Assembly: GCA_964016885.1 (NCBI GenBank)
Contig: OZ024742.1
Span: forward strand, 264,492,001 to 264,556,000
Direction of reading: 5' to 3'
Length of the DNA: 64,000 nt
DNA from: Eledone cirrhosa
Taxonomy: Eukaryota
Shown here piece after piece: positions 41,244-54,899 of the stretch. A program made the position numbers and the translations under genes. The notes beneath the pieces were generated by a model. It was not told the origin of the DNA. It worked only from the letters and a program-made list of their open reading frames with translations, and did not search any database. Position 1 is the stretch's first letter, and each line of letters begins with the position of its first letter.

Positions 41244-41293
<50 letters not shown>

Positions 41294-41575
41294 ATGATGC
41301 CTGTCTATTTATCTAACTGACCTACCTTTCTTTAAACTACTTTATTTCTCTCCCATCACTTCACTCAGCACAGCCACTGCTTTTTCATTCCACATTCATA
41401 AACTTTAATAGAAAGACAAACCAGCAGACAACAAAGGGACACGTAACCTGAATATATATATATATATATTATCAGACTGAAGAATGAAGTAAAAACAACT
41501 TTAGTAAACTCTGAGTACCTTAGAAGGTATACACCAGTTTGTATTTTATACAATATAGTATATATATATATGCAT

Positions 41576-41619
<44 letters not shown>

Positions 41620-42449
41620 TTATTGGCACAGATAGAAAGTTTGAGCAAATAATTTCTATTTACACCTTTCTACATGATCTTCAGGAGAGTGAAAGTAGAA
41701 AGGGTTTGCTTAAACGTTTAATCTCTACTAATAATTAATATTTACTGTACACTTATATATATATCATATACTACTATTATCGAGTCTTGTCTGGATTTTG
41801 TCCTTTGTATATATATAACAAAAGTAACGAAGATCACTGGTATAAATACAGCGTCCCCCGAACGGCGTCTAACTCACTCAATGAATCTGGTGAATTGCAT
41901 TAATGCAGCTGTAATCAACTGTTCAGAGTGCACACATTTAGTTTACTGTAAACACGTTGGCTGTCTTTAGTTAGAGAGAGATGTAAATATCTCATTTCCT
42001 GGACAATTGTTTCTCTGTAATATAATTTTACAAATGCAGATATTACTTCTGCAATGTTCAGAAAATCATGCAAAATCAGCGGATATTTACGTAATCAGGC
42101 TATTACACATCTTCAGCAGGATTTCCCAAATCATATTATGGTTCTGTACAGTGTGAGCTAGCCTTCGCTACTGGATTAGCTATCTAGCAGTTCATGGCAA
42201 TTCCCCACTCTGCCTCTAGTGAAAAGAGGAAGAATCTCTTACAGATCATATCACTTGGTTTTGGTAGTTGAATTCAAACGAAGGAATTCGCACCAAAACG
42301 AAGAACTCAACTGGCTTTTAGTATATGTGCATACATACATAACGAGGTTCATGCATATATACATATAAACAAGCAAATAAAATTTGATTTGTGATACAAA
42401 GTCAAATATTCAATACTCAAAAATGGAACAAAGAATCAGCGTTGCATCA

Positions 42450-43360
42450 TCTATATATATAAAACTGTGGTTGTCTGTCTGTCTATCGATTTTTGGCACA
42501 CATCTCCTCTTAGAATCTCTGACGGAATTGCACCGAAATTGCTATACTTGTACATTGAGCCCTAGCGAAGACATCGGAAAAAAAATATTTCAAATTAACC
42601 CACCCTATGTGACGAAATCGAATATAATGTATCGATTTTTGAACGTAAGTTATCAGTTATTTCCCTTTGTTCTGTTTACATTGAGCGTCTTACGTAAAAA
42701 ATTACGCTGGCTTTCTCAGCGTTTAAAATGACATTAACGCAATACACGAACAGTTGTCGAGCCAGCAAAATATTGACCTGCAAAATTCATCAGTTCGAAC
42801 ACTAAACTTCCGTTTTGCTTCATTTCCATTTAAAAGCATTTTAAAACAATATTTTTACTTGAAAACAAGTCTATTTAAAGACTACGTAAAACAAGCAAAT
42901 ATTTCGTCGTTAGGCGTGCAGACAGACAGTCGTGCAGACAGACAGTCGTGCAGAGAGGTGATATACGCGTGCAGACAGATAGTCGTGCAGAGAGGTGATA
43001 TAGGCGTGCAGACAGACAGTCGTGCAGAGAGGTGATATAGGCGTGCAGACAGACATAACTGATAATTTGGTTACGCTAATGTTTTTCTCTGCGTTGCAGT
43101 GTTTACATTTTCGATCTTTGTTAATAAATAACCAGTGCAGTTTCTATCCCCAGCATCCTCTTTTGTTATAACATTCGGATTATCGTTATGTTTTCTTAAC
43201 TTCATAAGGCATATTGTTGGTTGGGGGAATATTAATCAAAAACACCACATGCAAGTCTGCACAGTAGACACTACAGTTTTTAAGCCAAGAAAGAAACTTA
43301 ACATTGTAACTTTAACACAGCTACTGAGCGACCCCGAGCAACGCCGGGCTTTACTGCTAG
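42450..43360 (+). mobile_element. Non-autonomous Helitron
   Basis: a|TC...cccgagcaacgccggg...CTAG|t; inserted at AT with no TSD; twin of 21564-22439. Confidence 0.88.
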
Positions 43361-43375
43361 TATACATATATAATA

Positions 43376-43467
43376 ACATATTACATATGTTTCACTGCCA
43401 ATCAGCTCGAGGAACAATCGATTGATGTTTGATCCTGACTCTGGAATCAGAAGCTCCTCAGATATGT
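43376..43467 (-). ncRNA. Type I hammerhead motif with extended stem II
   Basis: acatat-CTGAGGA-(about 60-nt stem II region)-GAAA-catatg-TA-atatgt; palindromic stem III, GUA triplet. Confidence 0.6.
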
Positions 43468-44479
43468 GCTCACATGTAGACTCGCATCTAATTGTGGTTG
43501 GATTGTCATTCATTATTTTAGGCTGCCACACACTCTGCAAAAGGAATGCATTATCGTTGTTTGCATCCTGTTAAATTGTATTCGGTCAACTCCCAGTGGG
43601 GAGGCAACCTAGAACTCAGCAGCTTTTACTGCCATTACTTGATCAAGAAGATATTTATGCCGGTCTCATACAGAAACAATTAATGCGTAACTGATGGTAT
43701 GTAGGAAATCTGTGGTTATAGTCATTGATGTAAGTAATAAAGAATACACTAATATAGAAATAAAGCAAGTGCATAAGTATGTGCAGGCAACAGGAGACCA
43801 GGCTACCAGTGCTCCGGGGTAGCCCTACATTTTGTTGAGTACCCGAACTGGCCCTTGGGCCCACTGTTCATGTATAACTTAGCACATATAAGAACACATA
43901 CATATGTAAGGACATACCCATTCCTCCCTTATAACTGATGATGAGATTACACCTGGAAAGTGACTCTCCTGAGTGCAAGCCTGGGCAAAATATTTTGTAG
44001 AAGACCAGCATGCTAGTCTCCACCTTCCATTCCTCTGATGTTATTGTAGGAAAGGCTGATACAACTTGGCACCAATGTCATTGCAATTCAATTTTCCGGC
44101 TGAGTTGACTGGACCAATGTGAAATAGAGTGTCTTGATCAAGTACACAATGCACTCCCTAAACCTAAAATCACAATTGTAACCCCAGCACTCCATGGCTT
44201 AGCCATGCACCTTCACTACCATTTGTCTGGTCTGGAACTATATCTATCAATGTCTAAAGTTTGAAAGGCATACATTGAGCTCAGTCAAAACAAACACCAC
44301 AAGTCATTCAATTTGATATTTCATTGACTCTTTTGATATACATATGTATGTGCTCACACACGTGTGTGAGAGTGTGTGTGAGTGTGTTTGTTTCTGTGCA
44401 TGTGTTTGTGAGAGTGTACACGTCTCTCTCTCTCTCCCCCCTCTCTCTCTCCCTCTTTCTCTCTCTTTCTCTTTCTCTC

Positions 44480-44516
<37 letters not shown>

Positions 44517-45180
44517 TTCTCCTCTCTCTCTATCTATCCATAATTACAATATACATGCAAACACTAATAGATTAATCATTTTAAAATATGCATGTTCACA
44601 TTAAATAGTTAATTAATCAAAATTTTTAGAAAATTTAATTTTATATTTGAAGAAAAAATGCATTTTTAAAAAATATTTCTACAACTTAAGTCATTCATTT
44701 TTCTATTTATTTTAGTGGAGGGTAAACGCTAAGATATTTATCTTGTCTTTAAATAAATAAATGCCTTCCAGATGTATATTAACTTTTATTTATTTATTGC
44801 ACCAATTCAAGAAAGATTTGTCTATTTTTATTTGCTTCTTAATCATTGCTGTTAGCACATAATTGAAAGCTTAAAGCAATAAATATAACTTCACTTAACA
44901 AATTGAACAATATATCTTTATATCTATTTTATTATTTTTTTGGTTTGTTTATTTTTCCTTCATTATTTTCATTCTGCTGTTATTAGCAGTCATTATTTAG
45001 TCTTATTAGTCAAGAAATGGAGTGCTGGTGCAACATTGCAGTGAAGTACATTAGGTCTCTAGTGAAAATCTAATATGTCCTTGTTAGGAACTAAACAGGC
45101 TGAAATTGCAACTACTTAGGAAATGGAATGTTAACATTATTAGAGGAATACACATTTGTTTGTGTGTGTATATATATATA

Positions 45181-46640
45181 TCATCATCAGCATCATCGTT
45201 TAACTTCCATCTTCCACGCTTGCATGGTTTTGGACGGGAGTTTTCCCACTTGAGGCAAGATTGGTTGTCCTGCTCGTATAGGACTGTCTGGTGGGTTTTC
45301 TACGGCTGGATGCCCTTCCTAACACCAACCACGTTTACAGTGTGGACTGGGAGGTTTTTACCGTATTACCTACATGGCCACATTACAGCATGGACTGTGT
45401 GTTTATTTGTCGTGACACCTACACGTCTGGCGGGTTTTGTACAGCTGGGTGCCCTTCCTAACACCAACCACGTTTACTGTGTGGACTTGGAGGTTTTTAC
45501 CGTGTTACCTACACGGCCACATTACAGTGTGGACTGTGTGTTTTTTGTCGTGACACCTACACGACCTCATTTGTTTCGGACTGGATGTTGTGGTACCAAC
45601 ATAACTTCACATTTAAGGGGGTGGTGTGGATGGGGTGAGGGTAGTGGGACGGGGGTGTGTTTTGTTAGAGATGCCTACTGACTGTAGGTTTCGCTTCGTA
45701 CTTAGGCAAGGCGGGTCTTCTGTATAACTGTGTAGCAGCAAAGATCTCGGTCCAGTGACATTGTCTTGGAGAGGTGTTAGTGTGTGAGGTCAGAATTTAT
45801 CAAGTCGTCCCAGGTTTTTCTGGGTCTGCCTACTCCGTGGCTACCGTCTATTTTTATCGCCCTGCACTTTTTTATACAGCTGTCGTCTTTCATGCGCATC
45901 ACGTGACCGTACCAACGTAGTCTTCTCTCGAGTAAACAACATCTGATCCCTCTTATTCCTAATTTCTCCCTTAGTTTGTCTATGCTTTGCCGTTCACGTA
46001 TATTACTATTACACATCCAGCAGAGCATGCAAGCTTCGTTTCTCTCCAGTCTGCGTATATCCTCTGCACACAATGCCCAAGTCTCACTCCCATGTAACAT
46101 TGCTGTTCGTATGCAGGCATCATAGAGCCTGCCTTTCATTTTTAGAGAGAACCCTTTAGCGGCCAATAGTGGTATAAGCTCTCTGAACTTTTTCCATCCC
46201 GTTCTGACTCTAGCTACTGTACTTTCAGAGCACCCTCCCCCACTGCTGATTTTATCACCCAGGTAAAGGAAGGTGTCCACTATTTCTATAGAACCATCTG
46301 TGCAATGGAATGAGCTAGTATTCTGTGGGCACTTGCTGCTACTTATTGCACCAGAGCACCGGCCGCATATAAAATCTATATTCTTAGTTAGCTTACCTGT
46401 GATCCCACTACATCTTTTATGCACCCATACTTTGCATTTGGGACATAAAATGGAGTTTCTGCCTACTCATTTCCTACACACTGAGCATGGCCATTTCCCA
46501 GATGGGACCGGTGCCCTATTTTCCTTCCTACAAACTAGAACTTTAGTCTTAGACAAGTTAACTTTAAGGCCTTTTGATTCTAGGCCATGCTTCCATGTTT
46601 GGAATTTCTTCTCTAGTTCAGCAATTGATTCAGCTGTGAG
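45181..46640 (-). mobile_element. 5'-truncated RTE-clade LINE with duplicated 3' UTR segment
   Basis: Same family as 34703-36583; the UTR block ccttcctaacaccaacc...gtcgtgacacctacacg occurs twice. Confidence 0.9.
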
Positions 46641-46642
46641 CG

Positions 46643-46846
<204 letters not shown>

Positions 46847-46870
46847 TATATACATATATATATATATACA

Positions 46871-49800
46871 TATATATGTGAATATAGACATAGAATATTC
46901 GAAAATATTCTGTATGTTTATAGTAAACATTTTGAAGACCTAATCGCTATAGAATAGAATACGTCACGTATTACAATTAGATTCTCGATAAAAGCAAGGG
47001 AAGTAATCTACGCGTTTCATTCTTGTTAGAATTCATCAGGACTACATATCCAGTGCTTTTATCGAGAATGACACAGCTAGAGACTTATAGAATACTTAGC
47101 TGTGTACAGGAACTGGTTTGAAAGAGCGGTTGCCGGTCCGGCAGAAATTAGAAATTGGAATAAATGCTCTGAAATAGCGATATATATGTGAATATAGACA
47201 TAGAATATTCGAAAATATTCTGTATGTTTATAGTAAACATTTTGAAGACCTAATCGCTATAGAATAGAATACGTCACGTATTACAATTAGATTCTCGATA
47301 AAAGCAAGGGAAGTAATCTACGCGTTTCATTCTTGTTAGAATTCATCAGGACTACATATCCAGTGCTTTTATCGAGAATGACACAGCTAGAGACTTATAG
47401 AATACTTAGCTGTGTACAGGAACTGGTTTGAAAGAGCGGTTGCCGGTCCGGCAGAAATTAGAAATTGGAATAAATGCTCTGAAATAGCGATATATATGTG
47501 AATATAGACATAGAATATTCGAAAATATTCTGTATGTTTATAGTAAACATTTTGAAGACCTAATCGCTATAGAATAGAATACGTCACGTATTACAATTAG
47601 ATTCTCGATAAAAGCAAGGGAAGTAATCTACGCGTTTCATTCTTGTTAGAATTCATCAGGACTACATATCCAGTGCTTTTATCGAGAAAGACACAGCTAG
47701 AGACTTATAGAATACTTAGCTGTGTACAGGAACTGGTTTGAAAGAGCGGTTGCCGGTCCGGCAGAAATTAGAAATTGGAATAAATGCTCTGAAATAGCGA
47801 TATATATGTGAATATAGACATAGAATATTCGAAAATATTCTGTATGTTTATAGTAAACATTTTGAAGACCTAATCGCTATAGAATAGAATACGTCACGTA
47901 TTACAATTAGATTCTCGATAAAAGCAAGGGAAGTAATCTACGCGTTTCATTCTTGTTAGAATTCATCAGGACTACATATCCAGTGCTTTTATCGAGAATG
48001 ACACAGCTAGAGACTTATAGAATACTTAGCTGTGTACAGGAACTGGTTTGAAAGAGCGGTTGCCGGTCCGGCAGAAATTAGAAATTGGAATAAATGCTCT
48101 GAAATAGCGATATATATGTGAATATAGACATAGAATATTCGAAAATATTCTGTATGTTTATAGTAAACATTTTGAAGACCTAATCGCTATAGAATAGAAT
48201 ACGTCACGTATTACAATTAGATTCTCGATAAAAGCAAGGGAAGTAATCTACGCGTTTCATTCTTGTTAGAATTCATCAGGACTACATATCCAGTGCTTTT
48301 ATCGAGAATGACACAGCTAGAGACTTATAGAATACTTAGCTGTGTACAGGAACTGGTTTGAAAGAGCGGTTGCCGGTCCGGCAGAAATTAGAAATTGGAA
48401 TAAATGCTCTGAAATAGCGATATATATGTGAATATAGACATAGAATATTCGAAAATATTCTGTATGTTTATAGTAAACATTTTGAAGACCTAATCGCTAT
48501 AGAATAGAATACGTCACGTATTACAATTAGATTCTCGATAAAAGCAAGGGAAGTAATCTACGCGTTTCATTCTTGTTAGAATTCATCAGGACTACATATC
48601 CAGTGCTTTTATCGAGAATGACACAGCTAGAGACTTATAGAATACTTAGCTGTGTACAGGAACTGGTTTGAAAGAGCGGTTGCCGGTCCGGCAGAAATTA
48701 GAAATTGGAATAAATGCTCTGAAATAGCGATATATATGTGAATATAGACATAGAATATTCGAAAATATTCTGTATGTTTATAGTAAACATTTTGAAGACC
48801 TAATCGCTATAGAATAGAATACGTCACGTATTACAATTAGATTCTCGATAAAAGCAAGGGAAGTAATCTACGCGTTTCATTCTTGTTAGAATTCATCAGG
48901 ACTACATATCCAGTGCTTTTATCGAGAATGACACAGCTAGAGACTTATAGAATACTTAGCTGTGTACAGGAACTGGTTTGAAAGAGCGGTTGCCGGTCCG
49001 GCAGAAATTAGAAATTGGAATAAATGCTCTGAAATAGCGATATATATGTGAATATAGACATAGAATATTCGAAAATATTCTGTATGTTTATAGTAAACAT
49101 TTTGAAGACCTAATCGCTATAGAATAGAATACGTCACGTATTACAATTAGATTCTCGATAAAAGCAAGGGAAGTAATCTACGCGTTTCATTCTTGTTAGA
49201 ATTCATCAGGACTACATATCCAGTGCTTTTATCGAGAATGACACAGCTAGAGACTTATAGAATACTTAGCTGTGTACAGGAACTGGTTTGAAAGAGCGGT
49301 TGCCGGTCCGGCAGAAATTAGAAATTGGAATAAATGCTCTGAAATAGCGATATATATGTGAATATAGACATAGAATATTCGAAAATATTCTGTATGTTTA
49401 TAGTAAACATTTTGAAGACCTAATCGCTATAGAATAGAATACGTCACGTATTACAATTAGATTCTCGATAAAAGCAAGGGAAGTAATCTACGCGTTTCAT
49501 TCTTGTTAGAATTCATCAGGACTACATATCCAGTGCTTTTATCGAGAATGACACAGCTAGAGACTTATAGAATACTTAGCTGTGTACAGGAACTGGTTTG
49601 AAAGAGCGGTTGCCGGTCCGGCAGAAATTAGAAATTGGAATAAATGCTCTGAAATAGCGATATATATGTGAATATAGACATAGAATATTCGAAAATATTC
49701 TGTATGTTTATAGTAAACATTTTGAAGACCTAATCGCTATAGAATAGAATACGTCACGTATTACAATTAGATTCTCGATAAAAGCAAGGGAAGTAATCTA

Positions 49801-50458
49801 CGCGTTTCATTCTTGTTAGAATTCATCAGGACTACATATCCAGTGCTTTTATCGAGAATGACACAGCTAGAGACTTATAGAATACTTAGCTGTGTACAGG
49901 AACTGGTTTGAAAGAGCGGTTGCCGGTCCGGCAGAAATTAGAAATTGGAATAAATGCTCTGAAATAGCGATATATATGTGAATATAGACATAGAATATTC
50001 GAAAATATTCTGTATGTTTATAGTAAACATTTTGAAGACCTAATCGCTATAGAATAGAATACGTCACGTATTACAATTAGATTCTCGATAAAAGCAAGGG
50101 AAGTAATCTACGCGTTTCATTCTTGTTAGAATTCATCAGGACTACATATCCAGTGCTTTTATCGAGAATGACACAGCTAGAGACTTATAGAATACTTAGC
50201 TGTGTACAGGAACTGGTTTGAAAGAGCGGTTGCCGGTCCGGCAGAAATTAGAAATTGGAATAAATGCTCTGAAATAGCGATATATATGTGAATATAGACA
50301 TAGAATATTCGAAAATATTCTGTATGTTTATAGTAAACATTTTGAAGACCTAATCGCTATAGAATAGAATACGTCACGTATTACAATTAGATTCTCGATA
50401 AAAGCAAGGGAAGTAATCTACGCGTTTCATTCTTGTTAGAATTCATCAGGACTACATA
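46871..50458 (-). mobile_element. 310-bp tandem array (11 full + 1 partial unit) with one hammerhead per unit; non-LTR retrozyme-like
   Basis: Units start at 46871+310n; the only variant I saw is at 47689. Each unit has minus-strand gtagtc-CTGATGA-attct aaca agaat-GAAA-cgcg-TA-gattac. Confidence 0.9.
47003..47045 (-). ncRNA. Minimal type I hammerhead ribozyme (first of 12, repeated every 310 bp to 50413-50455)
   Basis: Stem I gtagtc/gattac, stem II attct/agaat, palindromic CGCG stem III, GUA triplet; outer 14-bp stem 46983-46996 / 47054-47067. Confidence 0.9.
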
Positions 50459-50790
50459 CATCATCATCGTTTAACATCAGTGTTCCACGCTTGCATGGGT
50501 TTGGATGGGAGTTTTACCACCTGAGGCAAGAGTGATTGTCTTGCTCGCATAGGACTGTCTGGCGAGTTTTCTACAGCTGGATGCCCTTCCTAACACCAAC
50601 CACATTTACAGTGTGGGGCTGGGAGGTTTTTACCGTGTTGCCTACATGGCCACATTACAGCGTGGACTGTGTGTTTTTTTGTCGTGACACCTACACGATC
50701 TCATTTGTTTCGGCCTGGATGTTGTGGCACCAACATAAGTTTACATTGAAAGGGGCGGTGTGGATGGGGTGGGGGTGGTGGGACGGGGGT
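50459..50790 (-). mobile_element. RTE LINE 3' UTR fragment
   Basis: (CAT)n tail and UTR matching 34703-35050. Confidence 0.85.
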
Positions 50791-50795
50791 GTATA

Positions 50796-50871
<76 letters not shown>

Positions 50872-51150
50872 CAGTGCATCTTCGCTTATCCGGATATCGC
50901 TTTTCCGAAATTCAATTTACCGGATGGCTATTTCTATACTACCTCCGGATGAGGAGGACTTGATTTCGACAGACAGACAGTTCCGGGCACCATTTCTTCC
51001 AGCGAACGTTACGTCACTTATTCAGCCAATGGACCAGGGAGTTTTGGAGACACTAAAGCGGATTTACCGAAAACAATTGCTGCAGGATTTAATCGGAAAA
51101 GGGGCGCGAAAACAATCTTCTATTTATTCATTTTTAAAAAAGTACTAACT
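50872..51150 (+). mobile_element. pogo/Tigger transposon fragment
   Basis: TA|CAGTG terminus; FLPANVTSLIQPMDQGVLETLKRIYRK is a typical pogo DDE motif. Confidence 0.85.
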
Positions 51151-51332
51151 TTTTATGGTTTGACTCAATTCAATTTTACCAAGTTTTTAGTTATTCTTAT
51201 GTTTGTTTAATTAATTTTCTTATAAATTCTAGCTGTTCTTTTGTTATTCTAATAAACTTTCTTTACTTAGCATTTGTCTTTTATTTTGACTAAAAGAAGC
51301 CAAAACATTAGAAACGATGAGCATTATGTAAC

Positions 51333-51498
51333 AGAGGGTTGGACGCCATGCTTTCCAGCATAGTTACGTCTCTTTACGATCTGAGTTCAAATCCCGCCGA
51401 GGTTGACTTTGCCTTTCATCCTTACGGGGTCGATAAAATAAAGTACCAGTAATGAACTGGTTAATTGCTGGCCTTGTGCCTAAAGTAGAAACAATTAT
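51333..51498 (+). mobile_element. 5'-truncated family A SINE
   Basis: Matches 14585-14752. Confidence 0.85.
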
Positions 51499-52889
51499 GT
51501 AGGGAATTTTTGTGTGATCTGGTGTAATTTTTTTAACCAGGGACCATCAAACTGTAAATAACTTACGACCCCACAATCCACAGAAGCTATAAAATAATTA
51601 AACGAAATATGTTTTTAATTTTTGTGTGATCTTCTGGTGTCATTTTGAACATGGGACCTTCCAGCTTGGGGACTCACAAAGTCTAAATTTGGCACTAAAT
51701 GCAAGGCATACCTATCGATATTTCATACAGCTGGTAACTCTATGTAATTAAGCTCAATACCAGTGGGCATTCAAAGTTTCTGCTTGGGTACTTCATCTGA
51801 TTAATTTTCTCAATAGTGTACATCAAGTTAATTATTCTCTCATCACTACTTTTCTAGAACAATAAAGTATGGGCTTCATTGAGGATATGTAATAAGCCCC
51901 TGCTATTGACTCCTGTACTTACAGAAATGATTTAGAATAACAAGAGTGATTGAACTAAGTTGTTAGTTTCATTACTCCATATAAGTATTTTTTATTAGAG
52001 TTTTTACGTTCACAACATAAAATAAATTAACACTAACTTATATTGTTTTTCATGTGGATGCTATCTTTGAGGAATTACATATTGCTGATCATCCTGTTTC
52101 AGAACAAATTAGTTAGTTGTTTATGACAAGGAACCAAGTTTGGAGTTTACCAGAGTTTGTCAATTCATATTAGTAATCATACTGCTTCTAAGAATGCTTT
52201 GCTCAAATGAATGTTTTCCTTTGAGTGACTTTTAATCATAATTTAAACTTTAAAAGTAGTTCATTGGAAAAACCAGATTGGCGATTGTGAAAGTATACAA
52301 TAATTTGTTTTCATGGTGTATAAGTTCAGTCATAACATGATAGGGTGTTGTTGCTCCTCAGGTCAGTTCTTATCAAGCAGTCGCATAATTAAAAGATTAT
52401 CACCCAGCCATTATTTACTAATCTTTTAGGATATCAGGGACTACATTGTCCAATATATATTTTCACTTTTCAGGAGATTTGACTGCTATTTTTTGCCAAT
52501 CAATTAACTCATAGTCAGATAGTATAAGGTGTGATATTGTATGGCATAAAATGGATTAAACCACACCATCATGCCAGATAAAAATCTTACTAATTTGATG
52601 CTATATTCTTAAACTGCTGAAGCTTTTTGTGGGGGGGGGGGAAGGGGAGGGGGGGGGGGGAACAATAGTTTACTATTGCTATATTTATATCTTAAACTAG
52701 ATGATATTAAAGACAACTGTTTTAAGACAGCAAAATTAAGAAGAATCAAGATTTTGTAGACCTATACAAGACCGAGTGTGAAACAAGGAAATCTGCAGAG
52801 AGCCAAGTGGTGGACGCTACAGAGGGTGATCATGGAGCGCTAGTGCTGCCTGACAGCAAACGGAAACGAGTTTGCCCAAGGATTACTTA

Positions 52890-54283
52890 TAATAATAATG
52901 AAATTATTGTGTAAAGTGCTCAGGTGCACTACAACTCGTCAAAGGTGCATGTATAGTACATAGAATAATACCCAAATGTCAGGTAAGTGAATAGTGTATG
53001 AGTCATGATATACATGTGTGTATGTGTATGGAGGGGGAATATTAGGTGTTGTGTTGGCGAATCTCGGGAAGCATGGAGGCCTTAAAGGATGCAGTGTTTC
53101 GACAGCTAACAACTGATGCAGGTAGTTTGTTCCATGCTTCAGCAACTCTGAGCGTGAAAAAATGTTTCCGAAAGTCATGGGAACTGTGCTGTTTTCTGAC
53201 TTTGTGGGCATGCCCACGTGTGTTAGACTAATGGAAATCAAAAAGGTACTCAGGGTTGTTGTTGGCAAGATGATTAACAATTTTGTGGGTGTGTTTACCA
53301 AGTCAGTTGCCAGGCGTCGGAGCTTCAATGTATCCATGCCCAGGGAAGCAAGGCGCTCAGAGTATGGAAGATGCCTGATGGAGGGTATTCGCTTGGTTGC
53401 ATGTCTCTGAACAGTTTCCAGGCGGTCAATGTTCTGAGCAAGATAGGGGTTCCAGACTGGTGATGCAAATTCTAAATCTGGCCGCACCATAGCTATATAC
53501 AGCTTTAAATAGATAGCTGGAGAGCGGCTGACAAGGGTCTTGCTGAGTGATGCTAAGTCACCCTCGGCCCTCTTGACAATTTTAGAGACATGCTTCGTCC
53601 AATGCAAATCGCTGCTGACCGTAATGCCCAGGTCACGTTCACCAGAAGACTTCTTGATATTAGTGCTGTGGAGGGAGTATGTGGACGCTGGGTTTTTACT
53701 CCCAAAATGCATGGTGGTGCACTTGTCCACAGCTAGCTTGAGTTGCAGGCCTGAGATCCATTGTTGCATTGTGTCCAGGTCAGACTGCAAGCAAGATCTA
53801 TAGTGTTCAGGATCTGTCCTTTTTATCTCAAGGTACAGCTTGATGTCATCTGCGTACTTTAGTACTGTGGCATTCTTTAAGTTGGCATCTATGTCATTAA
53901 TATATGCCACAAACAAAAGGGGGCCAAGAACAGATCCCTGTGGTACACCAGATGACATCTCATATGGTGATGAATGCTGTCCCAGAACCGTGACTACTTC
54001 TCTTCGACTGAGAATGAAGGACTTCAACCAGTTAAAAAGATCATCCTTCACACCCATTGCAGAGAGTTTTGTCATAAGCCTTTTGTGTGGCACAGAATTG
54101 AAAGCTATCGCAAAGTCAAGGTAAACAACATCCACCCATGAGCCGCCATCAGTGATCCGGGTGATGTCTTCAAGAAACTCGATAAGTTGATCACAGCAGC
54201 TGGAGTTGGGGATAAATCCAAATTGCGAGGGCCGGATAAGACTGTGAGAGTTCCAGAAGTTCCAAAGTGTTTTGACAATGAAC
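52890..54283 (-). mobile_element. CR1-clade LINE, 5'-truncated, RT domain largely open, frameshift near the C-terminus
   Basis: QFGF, VDVVYLDF..AFNSVPH, SGVPQGSVLGPLLF, YADD, ERDLG, RPDLEFASPVWNPY. Confidence 0.92.
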
Positions 54284-54899
54284 ATTCCAAAAAGAACTGA
54301 TGTCAGTCAAAATCATTTGGCATGGACTTGAAAAAGCTGCCTCTGATAGTGATCGTTGGCCACTACTTACTGCTCGATGCGCCAAAAGTCGTGGAAGAAC
54401 CTAAAACTAAGACTAAGATACAGGACCGGCAAGTTTAAAAACTTTGTAGACATGAAAATCTTTTCATAAAAAATATTTCATATACTATGAATCAAATGTA
54501 CTTAAAATAAAATTTAAAAAAATAATTATCCTGCTTTTAATTAAATAGTTTGTAATAGAAATAAATAAATCTAGTAAAATAATGTATTAATTACAATATG
54601 AAAATAACATCAACTTATTTTTAAATTATCTGCATCTATTAAAATAATTTGGATAAATAGAATTTTTAAAACATAATCCCTACTGACATGTAATTTCAAA
54701 ACAAGTTTCAAAGATCTTGTAAATTCTTCAGTAGTAACCACAAACATATTTTAAATATATAGTTTAACAGTGGGATTTCATATGTATATATATAAAAGAA
54801 CAAATGTTAAAATTTTAACTTGAAACTTGTAGTTATAACATTTTAGATGGCTATATATAGATTTCAAATGTCAATTGCATAAATTACTTTCCTCATTAA

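Noticed and set aside
41470-41520. ctgaaga...taaa-ctctgag-ta and similar degenerate motifs (about 10675-10730, 38385-38420, 43935-43970, 51770-51800)
   Set aside because: Core boxes are mutated (TAAA, GATA, CAGA) or stems are missing; cannot be told from chance.
42384-43425. Duplicated ORFs (93-115 aa) shared with 21889-22518
   Set aside because: They lie within non-autonomous Helitron copies and a minisatellite, with no protein motifs.
46871-50458. CRISPR array or tandem 5S/tRNA/snRNA/SL RNA gene cluster
   Set aside because: No variable spacers and a eukaryotic context; I recognise no 5S, tRNA or snRNA sequence in the unit.
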